Source: a virus (taxonomy: Duplodnaviria > Caudoviricetes). Taken from it: a DNA stretch of 50,792 bases. Of this stretch, positions 38,883 to 47,176 are shown piece after piece. Position 1 is the stretch's first letter, and the number at the start of each line of letters is the position of its first letter. Both the position numbers and the translations under genes were made by a program. The DNA is taken from positions 1 through 50,792 of the IMG/VR virus record IMGVR_UViG_3300015366_000230; one strand, given 5' to 3'. The notes beneath the pieces are model-generated. The model was not told the origin of the DNA and did not search any database. It saw nothing but the letters and a program-made list of their open reading frames with translations.

Positions 38883-39044
38883 ATGAACGCAAATGAACTA
38901 GCTGATATGGCAGAATATGCTTGTTGTGCTTACCACAAAGAAATAGCCACCATGCTACGCCAGCAACAAGCCGAAATAGAAGCGTTGAAAGAAGAATTAG
39001 ATGATATTAAACAATACAACATGGATAGGAACTTATCAGAATGA
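38883..39044 (+). CDS. hypothetical protein (start MNANELAD)
   Basis: GGAGA RBS before ATG 38883. Confidence 0.6.
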   Translation: MNANELADMAEYACCAYHKEIATMLRQQQAEIEALKEELDDIKQYNMDRNLSE

Positions 39045-39328
39045 AACCACACAAACACGCAGAACTAATTAAGGCATGGGCTGATGGTGCTGAGATTGAA
39101 GAATTTAATAACTTTCGTTGGTGTGACAGCACTTTTCCAACTTGGCATGAACACATAGAGTACCGCATAAAATATATCATAAAGTTTGATCGTATTACCT
39201 TTATGAACAACCGTTTTGGATTAGGGTGGGCTGAAGATTCATACCCTTACTCTAATGCTGACGAAATATTAAGGATATTCAGAGATGCAAAAACAGACAA
39301 AATAAAATTAGTAGAGGTGTGTAAATGA
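39041..39328 (+). CDS. phage hypothetical protein (HKHAELIKAWADGAEIE)
   Basis: ATGA overlap; N-terminal motif recalled from other phages. Confidence 0.65.
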   Translation: MKPHKHAELIKAWADGAEIEEFNNFRWCDSTFPTWHEHIEYRIKYIIKFDRITFMNNRFGLGWAEDSYPYSNADEILRIFRDAKTDKIKLVEVCK

Positions 39329-39423
39329 CTGGATTTTTAATTTTATAAGCAATTTTGTATTTTGGTATTTTTATGGGGAAATCTGTTTCTAGAGCAATAT
39401 TAAGAAAGGCAAGTGAGAAATGA
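39325..39423 (+). pseudogene. small ORF with an in-frame TAA
   Basis: MTGFLIL*AILYFGIFMGKSVSRAILRKASEK*, with ATGA overlaps at both ends. Confidence 0.45.
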
Positions 39424-39518
39424 TGAAATTTATTGTTTGTTTAATTGGTTGGGTATTGATTCCATTAGCTATGCTTGTTGTGGCTTTTGATATTGCTTTT
39501 AGTTATAACAAGGAATAG
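39420..39518 (+). CDS. 32-aa membrane peptide
   Basis: MMKFIVCLIGWVLIPLAMLVVAFDIAFSYNKE*. Confidence 0.5.
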   Translation: MMKFIVCLIGWVLIPLAMLVVAFDIAFSYNKE

Positions 39519-39520
39519 TA

Positions 39521-39742
39521 ATGAAATGGCTTAGAAAAAAAGAAACACCAGCTAAAACTTACAGTTGGAGATCATTAACCGATATTTTGGCAACGCTATC
39601 TGAAGAACAAGTAGCCGAACTATTGGATCAAGAACTCGAAGGTGCCAAGCGTTGGTCAATTGTCCAGCGTTTGCATCAACGGTACACCATTCTTCGTGCA
39701 GCGCGAGAACGGGCGGATTTAAAGAAACAAATAGCTGCTTAA
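39521..39742 (+). CDS. hypothetical protein
   Basis: AAGGA RBS; in the accessory operon. Confidence 0.65.
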   Translation: MKWLRKKETPAKTYSWRSLTDILATLSEEQVAELLDQELEGAKRWSIVQRLHQRYTILRAARERADLKKQIAA

Positions 39743-39778
39743 ACTAACGTAGTAATTGATTTAACTAGAGGAAAAATC

Positions 39779-39991
39779 ATGGCAAAAGAAGAATATATTT
39801 GGACTAAACCCGGTACCGACATTGCTTTACGCTGGCGCATGCGCTACGGCTGGATACCGCCATCTGAACAGCAAGAGTACAAAGATAAATGGAAATATTG
39901 GCAAAATCTTCCTATTCGAGATTTAGATGCTGACGCCAAAGAAACGTACGAACGGGCTTTGGCTAAAGCTAAAGTAGTGAGGCTCAAATGA
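39779..39991 (+). CDS. hypothetical protein
   Basis: GAGGA RBS; W..YGW.PPSE motif. Confidence 0.65.
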   Translation: MAKEEYIWTKPGTDIALRWRMRYGWIPPSEQQEYKDKWKYWQNLPIRDLDADAKETYERALAKAKVVRLK

Positions 39992-40158
39992 ACGATCTAT
40001 CATACGACCTTGTTAAGCTTAAAAAGCTTGTTAATCAGCTAGAAATATTAAACGCCAACCCGGGGCTAATTGGAAAAAAATTAATTACAGAAGCCGTACA
40101 AGAGATTAAGATTACGGTTACCCAATTAGAAATTCAGGTGGCGAATTATGCAGACTAG
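39988..40158 (+). CDS. hypothetical protein (not in the ORF track)
   Basis: ATGA overlap; MNDLSYDLVKLKKL... Confidence 0.55.
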   Translation: MNDLSYDLVKLKKLVNQLEILNANPGLIGKKLITEAVQEIKITVTQLEIQVANYAD

Positions 40159-40255
40159 CTGGGCTGATAAAGTGGCTATCACTGTTGCAGTGATAGCTAC
40201 TATCATTCTTCTATCTGCCGTTCGCCTTGCAATACGACTTGGGGGTTGGGCATGA
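40148..40255 (+). CDS. small membrane peptide (not in the ORF track)
   Basis: MQTSWADKVAITVAVIATIILLSAVRLAIRLGGWA*. Confidence 0.5.
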   Translation: MQTSWADKVAITVAVIATIILLSAVRLAIRLGGWA

Positions 40256-40431
40256 CTACTTGGACATTATCGGAATTAGAAAACAATACGAAAGTAAACA
40301 ATAACGATTGCCCTGTGGTTGTCGTGGATAGCGGTGCTAGCGTGGAACCGATTCCGTTTGCCGGGATGGTAGACTTATCGATTACTAACGATGAGAAAAA
40401 AATTGAAATTAAAAAAACATGGGGATTTTAA
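40252..40431 (+). CDS. hypothetical protein
   Basis: ATGA overlap start MTTWT. Confidence 0.55.
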   Translation: MTTWTLSELENNTKVNNNDCPVVVVDSGASVEPIPFAGMVDLSITNDEKKIEIKKTWGF

Positions 40432-40595
40432 TGGATGAGATAGAAATTGCCAAATTGCAAGAACGATTGGCTAAAGCTTTAGCCGATGCAGATTATTGGC
40501 GTTTAATGTACGACAAACTCATTAAATATATTGACCATCAAAACAGCTATGTCCGTCATTTAGAACAACAAGTTTGGGGAGGGAAAACTTTTTGA
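40431..40595 (+). CDS. hypothetical coiled-coil protein (not in the ORF track)
   Basis: TAATG coupling; MDEIEIAKLQERLAKAL... Confidence 0.55.
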   Translation: MDEIEIAKLQERLAKALADADYWRLMYDKLIKYIDHQNSYVRHLEQQVWGGKTF

Positions 40596-41074
40596 GAAAA
40601 CGAAAAGAAATTGAAGTTAAAGTTGGTGATCCATCAACAGATGTTTGGGACGATGCAACCATATCAACATCAGAGTATCTTCGCATTCAACAGTTAAAAC
40701 ACCAATCTGCTTTAGCGGCGCTTAACGGAATTGGTGATGTTAATAGTGATGCCAAAGGGTCGGGCGCTCGCTACAATGCTGGCAAACCCGACATGAGTTT
40801 GATACCGCTATGTACTCTTGAAGATGAAGCCAAAGTGTGGGCGTATGGAAAGCAAAAATACGCTGCATGGAATTGGGCGAAAGGCATGGATTGGTCAGTA
40901 CCTTTGGCTTGCGCTTTGCGTCATTTATCTAAATGGCAAGCGGGTGAAGAGAACGATGAAGAGTCTGGTTTACCACACTTAGCCCATGCTATGTGCAATT
41001 TACGAATGTTGACCTTGTACGCAAAAACGTACGTCGAAGGGGACGATCGACCACCAAAGGAATTAATGCCATGA
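40574..41074 (+). CDS. dATP/dGTP diphosphohydrolase-family protein (DUF5664-like); start uncertain
   Basis: K....LIP, V..YG..KY...NW.KG, RH...W..GE..D.ESGL.HLAHA..N. Confidence 0.8.
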   Translation: MGRENFLRKRKEIEVKVGDPSTDVWDDATISTSEYLRIQQLKHQSALAALNGIGDVNSDAKGSGARYNAGKPDMSLIPLCTLEDEAKVWAYGKQKYAAWNWAKGMDWSVPLACALRHLSKWQAGEENDEESGLPHLAHAMCNLRMLTLYAKTYVEGDDRPPKELMP

Positions 41075-41634
41075 GTTATATTTTGTATCCGTTTTTAGTA
41101 ATTATTAATCTTATTGGAACCATTCTGACGTTTCCGTTAGCCTTTATTATTGCTATTTGCTACAGCTATCAAGATGGGTGGTGCAACAATGCAACTGTGT
41201 GGCAAAATAGCCCGCGCCTGTGGAAGTTTTTGTCTTGGTTTCAAGCCCCTGACAACAGCCTTGATGGTGACCAGACGTTTCAGGCAGCACATACACCTTG
41301 TTGGTGGTCAAAAGTCCAATGGTTGTGGCGTAACCCTTTTTATGGATTTGCAGTAGTTACATTCGACGGTTCTACAGGAATGTCGTATTCAGGCGATTTA
41401 CATTGTGATGAAAAGAACCCGGGGCATATTTTGGTCAAAGGACATGGGTTGTTTCAATGGGTTTACACCAAACATATTTTTGGTAAATGTTTGTATTTAA
41501 ATTTTGGTTGGAACATCCGCGCTTTAGTTGACCCTGCTTTCGTGACTCCGGATCAATGGCATAACAACACCGCGTTGATTAAAAAATACCCTGCGACGTT
41601 TGCTTTTAGCCCAAGGCTAGTAAGCTATCAATGA
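41071..41634 (+). CDS. phage membrane-associated protein (WF..PDN.LDGD...WLWRNP.YGF)
   Basis: likely ATGA start at 41071; N-terminal TM segment. Confidence 0.65.
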   Translation: MSYILYPFLVIINLIGTILTFPLAFIIAICYSYQDGWCNNATVWQNSPRLWKFLSWFQAPDNSLDGDQTFQAAHTPCWWSKVQWLWRNPFYGFAVVTFDGSTGMSYSGDLHCDEKNPGHILVKGHGLFQWVYTKHIFGKCLYLNFGWNIRALVDPAFVTPDQWHNNTALIKKYPATFAFSPRLVSYQ

Positions 41635-41861
41635 GTCAAACCAAATTAGGTTCTTTTATTGAGGCATGGGTAAATGTCGCAATTGGCTTTGGTATTAATT
41701 ACATTGCCAATTTGCTGATATTTCCCTTGTTTGGTTTTCACATTACTTTATTGGAAAACTTGTACATGGGTTTGATATATACCGTTATTTCAGTAGTCCG
41801 TAGCTATTGCATTCGCCGTTGGTTTAATGCCCGCATCCATAAGCTGTTAGCTAACGTATGA
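41631..41861 (+). CDS. small two-TM phage protein
   Basis: S.IEA..NV.IG...RSY..RR.FN motif. Confidence 0.7.
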   Translation: MSQTKLGSFIEAWVNVAIGFGINYIANLLIFPLFGFHITLLENLYMGLIYTVISVVRSYCIRRWFNARIHKLLANV

Positions 41862-42001
41862 GCAGTTGGCTAATAGTTCTCACCGGGCTGATTTATCTAT
41901 ACATCAGCATTGAACAGGGGTTTAAAGGCAATCTAGGGATGGCTATTTGTTATTTTGGCTACGCCCTTGGGAATGTTGGGTTTTACATGATGGCTAAGTA
42001 A
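41858..42001 (+). CDS. 47-aa membrane peptide (not in the ORF track)
   Basis: MSSWLIVLTGLIYLYISIEQGFKGNLGMAICYFGYALGNVGFYMMAK*. Confidence 0.6.
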   Translation: MSSWLIVLTGLIYLYISIEQGFKGNLGMAICYFGYALGNVGFYMMAK

Positions 42002-42498
42002 TACCTAAAGGTTGCAAATTGCAACCTTTTTTCATACCTATAAGTACAAAAAAGATACACAAATTTCGGACAACAATGTCACATTTTTGCATGATTTTTT
42101 ATTGAAATTTCATGCACTTATAGGCGTTTTTAAAATAGGTCGTTTATACAATAACAAAGTAATCATTTATACAATAACAAAGTAATCGTTGTAACTTTGA
42201 AACACAACCTACACCCTGTAATTTGCGCAATATATTGAACAAAACACCCCATATAGTTAGGGTTACGCACCACATAAAAAAGTTTCCCGAACGGGAAGAA
42301 TGTAATAAAAAGTAGGCAAAAATAGTAAAAAGTTACCGAACGGGACATTTTGTAAGGAAAAGTAATGTCAACCAAAGTGCGGATAAAACGCATTACATGT
42401 ACAAAATGTCAACGAAAGTGTACATACCCCCAAAACATGTCTACAAAACGGCAAATTCTGTACATATTAAATGACTCATTAATAAGGCTTTAAGCTAT
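42002..42498. repeat. non-coding array of diverse palindromes and short direct repeats
   Basis: 42007-42029 IR; 42088-42116 IR; 22-bp tandem 42143-42187; TTCCCGAACGGGAA 42284-42297; 16-bp DR at 42364/42405. Confidence 0.75.
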
Positions 42499-42930
42499 TT
42501 AAGGACTCTTTAATAAGTCATAAACTTTAACCGGTTCGTGGCTTTTTAAATCCACATTGCAAGCCCATTTAACCGCTTCTTCTGCTGTTAGCCCCATTCT
42601 CATGCAGACTTCTGCCGCCATTGCACCAGAGCCAATAGCCATAAAGGTTCTAACGCGTTCCCATTCTAAATCATCATTACAAGAAAAAAGCCCTTCGGCA
42701 GTTAGCTTTAAGAAAGAGCTGCCAGATTTTAGTTTGGGCTTGGTTTTTTGTTTTTTATTAATGTATTCAACGACTTTTTCGCCATCTGACCAATTGCCAG
42801 CAACGCCAAGCCATCCGTTATCTATTTGAAGAATCTTATCCTCATAATATTTGATTCCCGCATCGTCATCGGAAAACTGGCTATCTGCCACCATTACTTT
42901 ATTAATCCAATCGCCAACGATAGTAGTCAT
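42499..42930 (-). CDS. Ntn-hydrolase/HslV-proteasome-like peptidase (start MTT at 42930)
   Basis: N-terminal Thr, ADSQ, GVAG, AIGSGA..A, AEEAV..A...D. Confidence 0.75.
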   Translation of the reverse strand: MTTIVGDWINKVMVADSQFSDDDAGIKYYEDKILQIDNGWLGVAGNWSDGEKVVEYINKKQKTKPKLKSGSSFLKLTAEGLFSCNDDLEWERVRTFMAIGSGAMAAEVCMRMGLTAEEAVKWACNVDLKSHEPVKVYDLLKSP

Positions 42931-42932
42931 GT

Positions 42933-43916
42933 TTAAACCTTGTTTATACAACCTCTAAACTCGAACTCGCCATTTTGCTCATCGCTGACCATAATCAACT
43001 CTGGCATTAACATTCTACCTTGGTCAAACGACAGCAATACAAAACCCGATCGCCAGTCTTTGGGGGAATCTTCGCAATATTCAAAGGTAGCGCTCATTGG
43101 ATCCGCCAAGCAGCCGGTCTGAACCCCGTAGAAGTTGCCCTGATAGTTACTGATTGGTTGCACCGCTAAGACATGCGTATGCCCCGTAATGATGTTGGTA
43201 TTGCCCGCTGCCAGCAAGTTGCTGTAACCTGCCGTGCGCCCGCCCTTGAACCGGTGTTTGACCACAGTATCCTCACCAATCCAAAAGCTCCAACAGGTTT
43301 CCCATTCAGGAAAGTGATATTTGAGGCTAAAACCGTCTACACCGCTATATTCTGGCACCTTATTGACCAACCAAGATTCGTAACGCATGTCGTGATTGCC
43401 CAGCGTCCAGATTAAACGACAGCCAGCCGGCTTATGTTTAACGATTTGATCTAAATGATAACGGCAAGACTCTAATTCTTGCAGTACCGTAGGCTTGGCG
43501 TCGTAATTAATGGACGGAAAACGGCTCAAAACCTGTCCGTCGAACGCGTCGCCATTGCAGATGATGACTTCTGGCTTGAATTCTTTAATCATCAACAGCA
43601 GGGCTTTAAATGCCGTTGTAGTGGTATCTGTAAAATGGGCGTCTGAAAACACAATAACGCGCTTCACCTTGTCAACGTCTATGCCTCTTCGGACGTTATG
43701 GGGTGCAAGCTCTATCTTTTTAGGTTTTTCTTTTTTGGGATCTCGTAAAGAACCGTGCGTAGGCAATTCGATGTTATGCCGAATTTGAATAGCGGATTTA
43801 CGATTAGATACGCTTCTAGGGTTTATACCTAGTTTTTTTCCTACGAGAGTTGGCGACCCTAGCTTTTTCCAAAGTTTAATAAACTCTTCATCGGAACACA
43901 CAGGCTTAAACGGCAT
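42933..43916 (-). CDS. calcineurin-like metallophosphoesterase with N-terminal HTH-like region
   Basis: SDAH, GDAFD, GNHD, GHTH motifs. Confidence 0.85.
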   Translation of the reverse strand: MPFKPVCSDEEFIKLWKKLGSPTLVGKKLGINPRSVSNRKSAIQIRHNIELPTHGSLRDPKKEKPKKIELAPHNVRRGIDVDKVKRVIVFSDAHFTDTTTTAFKALLLMIKEFKPEVIICNGDAFDGQVLSRFPSINYDAKPTVLQELESCRYHLDQIVKHKPAGCRLIWTLGNHDMRYESWLVNKVPEYSGVDGFSLKYHFPEWETCWSFWIGEDTVVKHRFKGGRTAGYSNLLAAGNTNIITGHTHVLAVQPISNYQGNFYGVQTGCLADPMSATFEYCEDSPKDWRSGFVLLSFDQGRMLMPELIMVSDEQNGEFEFRGCINKV

Positions 43917-43973
43917 AGTAATCCTTATGACAATAGTTCGGATATTAACCGAACTACGTGGAAATTCAATGAC

Positions 43974-44186
43974 TTATAGTGATTTTCCTGCTATTTTTTT
44001 AATCTTTTGTTCCATTTCCCAATCTTCGCGACATTCTGCGGAACAAAATCGCCCTGTAGGGATTAGTTCATTACAGCAAAGGCAATGCCCTGTGTAAGGG
44101 TGTTTCTTTTCATTACGAATAGCTTTAATAGCTAAATCACGGTGGAGGGCTTCCATATCGGATGCCTCATCAAAAAAATCGCTCAT
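43974..44186 (-). CDS. TraR/DksA-like zinc-finger protein
   Basis: N-terminal D..D.A motif; CxxC...CxxxC. Confidence 0.65.
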   Translation of the reverse strand: MSDFFDEASDMEALHRDLAIKAIRNEKKHPYTGHCLCCNELIPTGRFCSAECREDWEMEQKIKKIAGKSL

Positions 44187-44632
44187 GCTAGCGTACCGCC
44201 TACATTTTCATAAAAGGCTTCAAGATGAGCCATTGAATTAGTCCTCTGCCCATAGGGGCTATTAGGCAAACTAGCCCAAATACGATTGCATCGAATAATA
44301 GCATCTTGGAATCTCCCATCGTTAATTAGCATATCAGCGCCAGTTTCTTTAATCAGTTCTAGCGCGATCATATCTTGTGCGTGAGGAGAAAAATCAACAA
44401 CGCCTACGCGAGTCTTGTAGGCGTCGTATATACGTTCTAATATTTGATATTTACCAGCCGCCGTAGAAGTCAAACCGTTAATAGTAATGTGCTTACGGGG
44501 ATGGTCTGCATAGCTGGCAAACAATGTTCCGCCATACAGAACATTGTAACCGTTGTCAGAATGAGCTAATAAATCTCTGCCTAACTCAGAAAAACCAATC
44601 GTTTTAAGTAACGCTATTTCGTTATTGGTCAT
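44183..44632 (-). CDS. endolysin (lambda R-like transglycosylase)
   Basis: I..SE, Y..L.GG, STAAG.YQ, DFSP..QD, WASLP..PYGQ. Confidence 0.9.
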   Translation of the reverse strand: MTNNEIALLKTIGFSELGRDLLAHSDNGYNVLYGGTLFASYADHPRKHITINGLTSTAAGKYQILERIYDAYKTRVGVVDFSPHAQDMIALELIKETGADMLINDGRFQDAIIRCNRIWASLPNSPYGQRTNSMAHLEAFYENVGGTLA

Positions 44633-45077
44633 CTGGCAATCCTAGTCTTTCGCGTTCGTACTTTTGTAATAACTCATATTTAAGCGTTACTTCAGCGCAT
44701 TCTCCAGCAAGTAGTGTGTACTTGGCTTCTGCATCAATTCTGGGGGAGGCGGTTTGTCCTGATAACACGGTACCGGTACTTGATGGGCGCACCCCGACAG
44801 CATAATAACGGCGCAAAATGATAGTTTTAGAAGCGAGTTCATTTTGAAGTCCTTTAACAATTAACTTATGGTTTTCATCTTTTTGTTTGTTTTCAACTTC
44901 CTGTTGCGTAACAAGCGCTTGCTGTTGCGCTTTGTAGTTAACAAACTTAGTATGCTCCCAATGCCAAGGAGTATATCCAACGCAAAATAGCACTACAACA
45001 GCCAGTCCAATTTCAAGGTAAGTGAGAACATTACCAGAGAAAAAACCAACAACACTACTGAGAAGAGTTTTCCACAT
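44622..45077 (-). CDS. i-spanin (Rz-like)
   Basis: N-terminal TM segment plus coiled coil, next to the endolysin. Confidence 0.75.
   Translation of the reverse strand: MWKTLLSSVVGFFSGNVLTYLEIGLAVVVLFCVGYTPWHWEHTKFVNYKAQQQALVTQQEVENKQKDENHKLIVKGLQNELASKTIILRRYYAVGVRPSSTGTVLSGQTASPRIDAEAKYTLLAGECAEVTLKYELLQKYERERLGLPDDQ
44687..44842 (-). CDS. embedded o-spanin lipoprotein (Rz1-like; not in the ORF track)
   Basis: MNSLLKLSFCAVIMLSGCAHQVPVPCYQDKPPPPELMQKPSTHYLLENALK*: lipobox LSGC, Pro-rich. Confidence 0.8.
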   Translation of the reverse strand: MNSLLKLSFCAVIMLSGCAHQVPVPCYQDKPPPPELMQKPSTHYLLENALK

Positions 45078-45297
45078 TTTTATCCGTCGCTGATTGAGCG
45101 CCTACATAAACACCGCTACCACCAATTAAAGCCCCTAGCCCCATGCCAAAAGCTGAAAAATCCATCGAATGGTTTAAGATAGCGTGTATAAAACCAAGAA
45201 TAATAAACGCTAAAGCCCCTAAAAATAGCGATACCCTACCGACACACCAAGTACGATTATCGTTTTGGGTTAACATGTCGACAAAAAACTTTTTCAT
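45055..45297 (-). CDS. holin candidate (2 TM)
   Basis: two hydrophobic segments, in the lysis cassette. Confidence 0.6.
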   Translation of the reverse strand: MKKFFVDMLTQNDNRTWCVGRVSLFLGALAFIILGFIHAILNHSMDFSAFGMGLGALIGGSGVYVGAQSATDKNVENSSQ

Positions 45298-45476
45298 TTT
45301 TTCTTTTTGATCGTCGCTTTTTTAGCAACTACAGTTGCTTTTTTTGCTGCGGGTTTGCGAGTAGTCGCTTTTTTAACCAGCTCTTTTTTTGCTTTTGCTG
45401 GTATTTCTACAGGGAATTCGGGCAGTTTAGACTCAACTGGCTTTTTACGAAGAAGGGCGCAGATTTTAGCGAACAT
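45294..45476 (-). CDS. histone H1-like Lys/Ala-rich small protein
   Basis: KKATTRKPAAKKATVVAKKATIKKK. Confidence 0.6.
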   Translation of the reverse strand: MFAKICALLRKKPVESKLPEFPVEIPAKAKKELVKKATTRKPAAKKATVVAKKATIKKKK

Positions 45477-45739
45477 TATTTATCCTGTTTGGTATCTAAT
45501 TTTGCCATTATCAAGTCTAATGTGTGTTCCATTCTTGATAATCTTTGATCTAAGTCAGTTTTTTTGACGTATTCATTGGGAAGCATTACTTCCAGTTTTT
45601 TCATGTCTTTAGCTAATTGGGTTTGAGCATCACTTACCTCTTTTTGACTGCGCGAAATGCTGTTAGTCCACCACCCAATAAGCCCGCTGATAAACATGTA
45701 GGCTAGGGTTATTGCCGCAATAATTGATTCCCAAGACAT
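45476..45739 (-). CDS. single-TM coiled-coil lysis-region protein (holin/antiholin-like)
   Basis: N-terminal TM segment, LP.EYV.K.D motif. Confidence 0.55.
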   Translation of the reverse strand: MSWESIIAAITLAYMFISGLIGWWTNSISRSQKEVSDAQTQLAKDMKKLEVMLPNEYVKKTDLDQRLSRMEHTLDLIMAKLDTKQDK

Positions 45740-45767
45740 GCTTTACCCCTCATTTAAACACTAAAAG

Positions 45768-46202
45768 CTATAGGAAGTTTAACACTTCTTGCGGTTTTAC
45801 AAAAGCATCTGGATTATGCTCCGTATGCTCCCACCAAAGAAATTGGTTAGGCGCCAAATATTTCCGATCGCGTAACAAATTAGTGTTTTCTGGGTGCCCA
45901 AAGATATTAGGGTCAGATACAGACCATAAAACAATACCCGGTTTACCTTCGCTCCAAGCTAGATGCTGAAAAAAGCTATCTACGCCGATCCACGTTTTGC
46001 AATTTTTAATGAGTTGGCGCAACTCAATCATAGGTAAATTCTTACAAAAATCCGGTACTAACTGAGTTTCTCCTTCTATGCCGACTTGAACAACTTGCAT
46101 AGTTTTTTGCAATTCTTGTACAAGTTCTTCCCAATATGGATAGTTTTTAGGATTTTCTTTGCCATTTCTCAATGGTTTTGCATAAGGATGAATTAAGATC
46201 AT
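45768..46202 (-). CDS. GT9 (heptosyltransferase-like) C-terminal lobe
   Basis: K.YP.W..L, VVQ.G, IGVDS...HLA....KP.IVLW. Confidence 0.75.
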   Translation of the reverse strand: MILIHPYAKPLRNGKENPKNYPYWEELVQELQKTMQVVQVGIEGETQLVPDFCKNLPMIELRQLIKNCKTWIGVDSFFQHLAWSEGKPGIVLWSVSDPNIFGHPENTNLLRDRKYLAPNQFLWWEHTEHNPDAFVKPQEVLNFL

Positions 46203-47176
46203 AGATACAGCTTTCTAAAAGCATTCTCTAAACTATCTTTCCATTTCCATTGATCCATTTTTTTATAGATATTCCACTGATCTAAATTGCCAAATAAGGC
46301 TTGTGCTTCGGCTATTGATTTGCCGGGTACTACTTCCGGGTAGCAAGTGAAAACAAGAGGGCTGGCAATATTAGGCAGCACACGACTAAAAACGATATGG
46401 TCGCCAAGCCCAGAATTAAGAACCACAATATTATTTCCACGATAGCGGAGGAAATTTCTGAATATAGCTTCGTCATGGTTAAACAATTCCTTTTTAGTTT
46501 CGCTACGAATACCGCCTTCTGGATTCTTTAAATGCCAAGAGTTAGCGTTAGGGATAACTATAACTGCATATCCCTTTTGATGTAACCCATAGGTAAATAG
46601 CGTTTCTTCACGATGTGCTACTCGGGATAACCCTAAGTTATAGTCATGCACCCCAGATCGGTACAAAAAGGAACAATGCAGATGTTCTACAAAATTAGAC
46701 TTTTCAATGTAGTTCCATTGAATATTAGGCTCTATATCAATATGCTTAATTTGACCTGTGGCATTGACTTGTAGCAATGGCGGGGTAAGAATAGCCCCAC
46801 CGACTGCACCCACTTTAGGTACTTGTGTTGCATAGGTATATAGGCTTTTTAAAACATTTGGCTCTGGAATACAGTCGTCATCGACTCGCCACACCCATTC
46901 AAAACCCTGTTTACAAGCGATGTCATTTGCCATTTGATGGATATGGTGCTGTCCTTTTTTAGGAGCAAATAGCCATTCCCATTGAATGCCTTTAATGTTT
47001 AAGATTTCAAAGATATGCCTGTAGATAAACTCTTGTCGCATATCCTTTGGATCGTCATTGTCATCAAAAATAATCAGCTTATCGGGAAGCTGATCTTGAT
47101 TGAGAATGGCGGTTAAAACTAAGGGCAGTGTAGTGAAATACCGCCCCCGGGTGGCTACGGAGCAGAGTACTTGCAT
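46199..47176 (-). CDS. GT2-like glycosyltransferase fused to a GT9 N-terminal lobe
   Basis: DDD motif (RVDDD), GAVGG; C-terminal GLGD.I. Confidence 0.75.
   Translation of the reverse strand: MQVLCSVATRGRYFTTLPLVLTAILNQDQLPDKLIIFDDNDDPKDMRQEFIYRHIFEILNIKGIQWEWLFAPKKGQHHIHQMANDIACKQGFEWVWRVDDDCIPEPNVLKSLYTYATQVPKVGAVGGAILTPPLLQVNATGQIKHIDIEPNIQWNYIEKSNFVEHLHCSFLYRSGVHDYNLGLSRVAHREETLFTYGLHQKGYAVIVIPNANSWHLKNPEGGIRSETKKELFNHDEAIFRNFLRYRGNNIVVLNSGLGDHIVFSRVLPNIASPLVFTCYPEVVPGKSIAEAQALFGNLDQWNIYKKMDQWKWKDSLENAFRKLYL

Noticed and set aside
42143-42187. mini-CRISPR array
   Set aside because: The two 22-bp copies are separated by 1 nt, with no spacer and no cas genes
42163-42393. track ORF inside the palindrome array
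   Set aside because: No clear RBS and atypical composition; likely spurious
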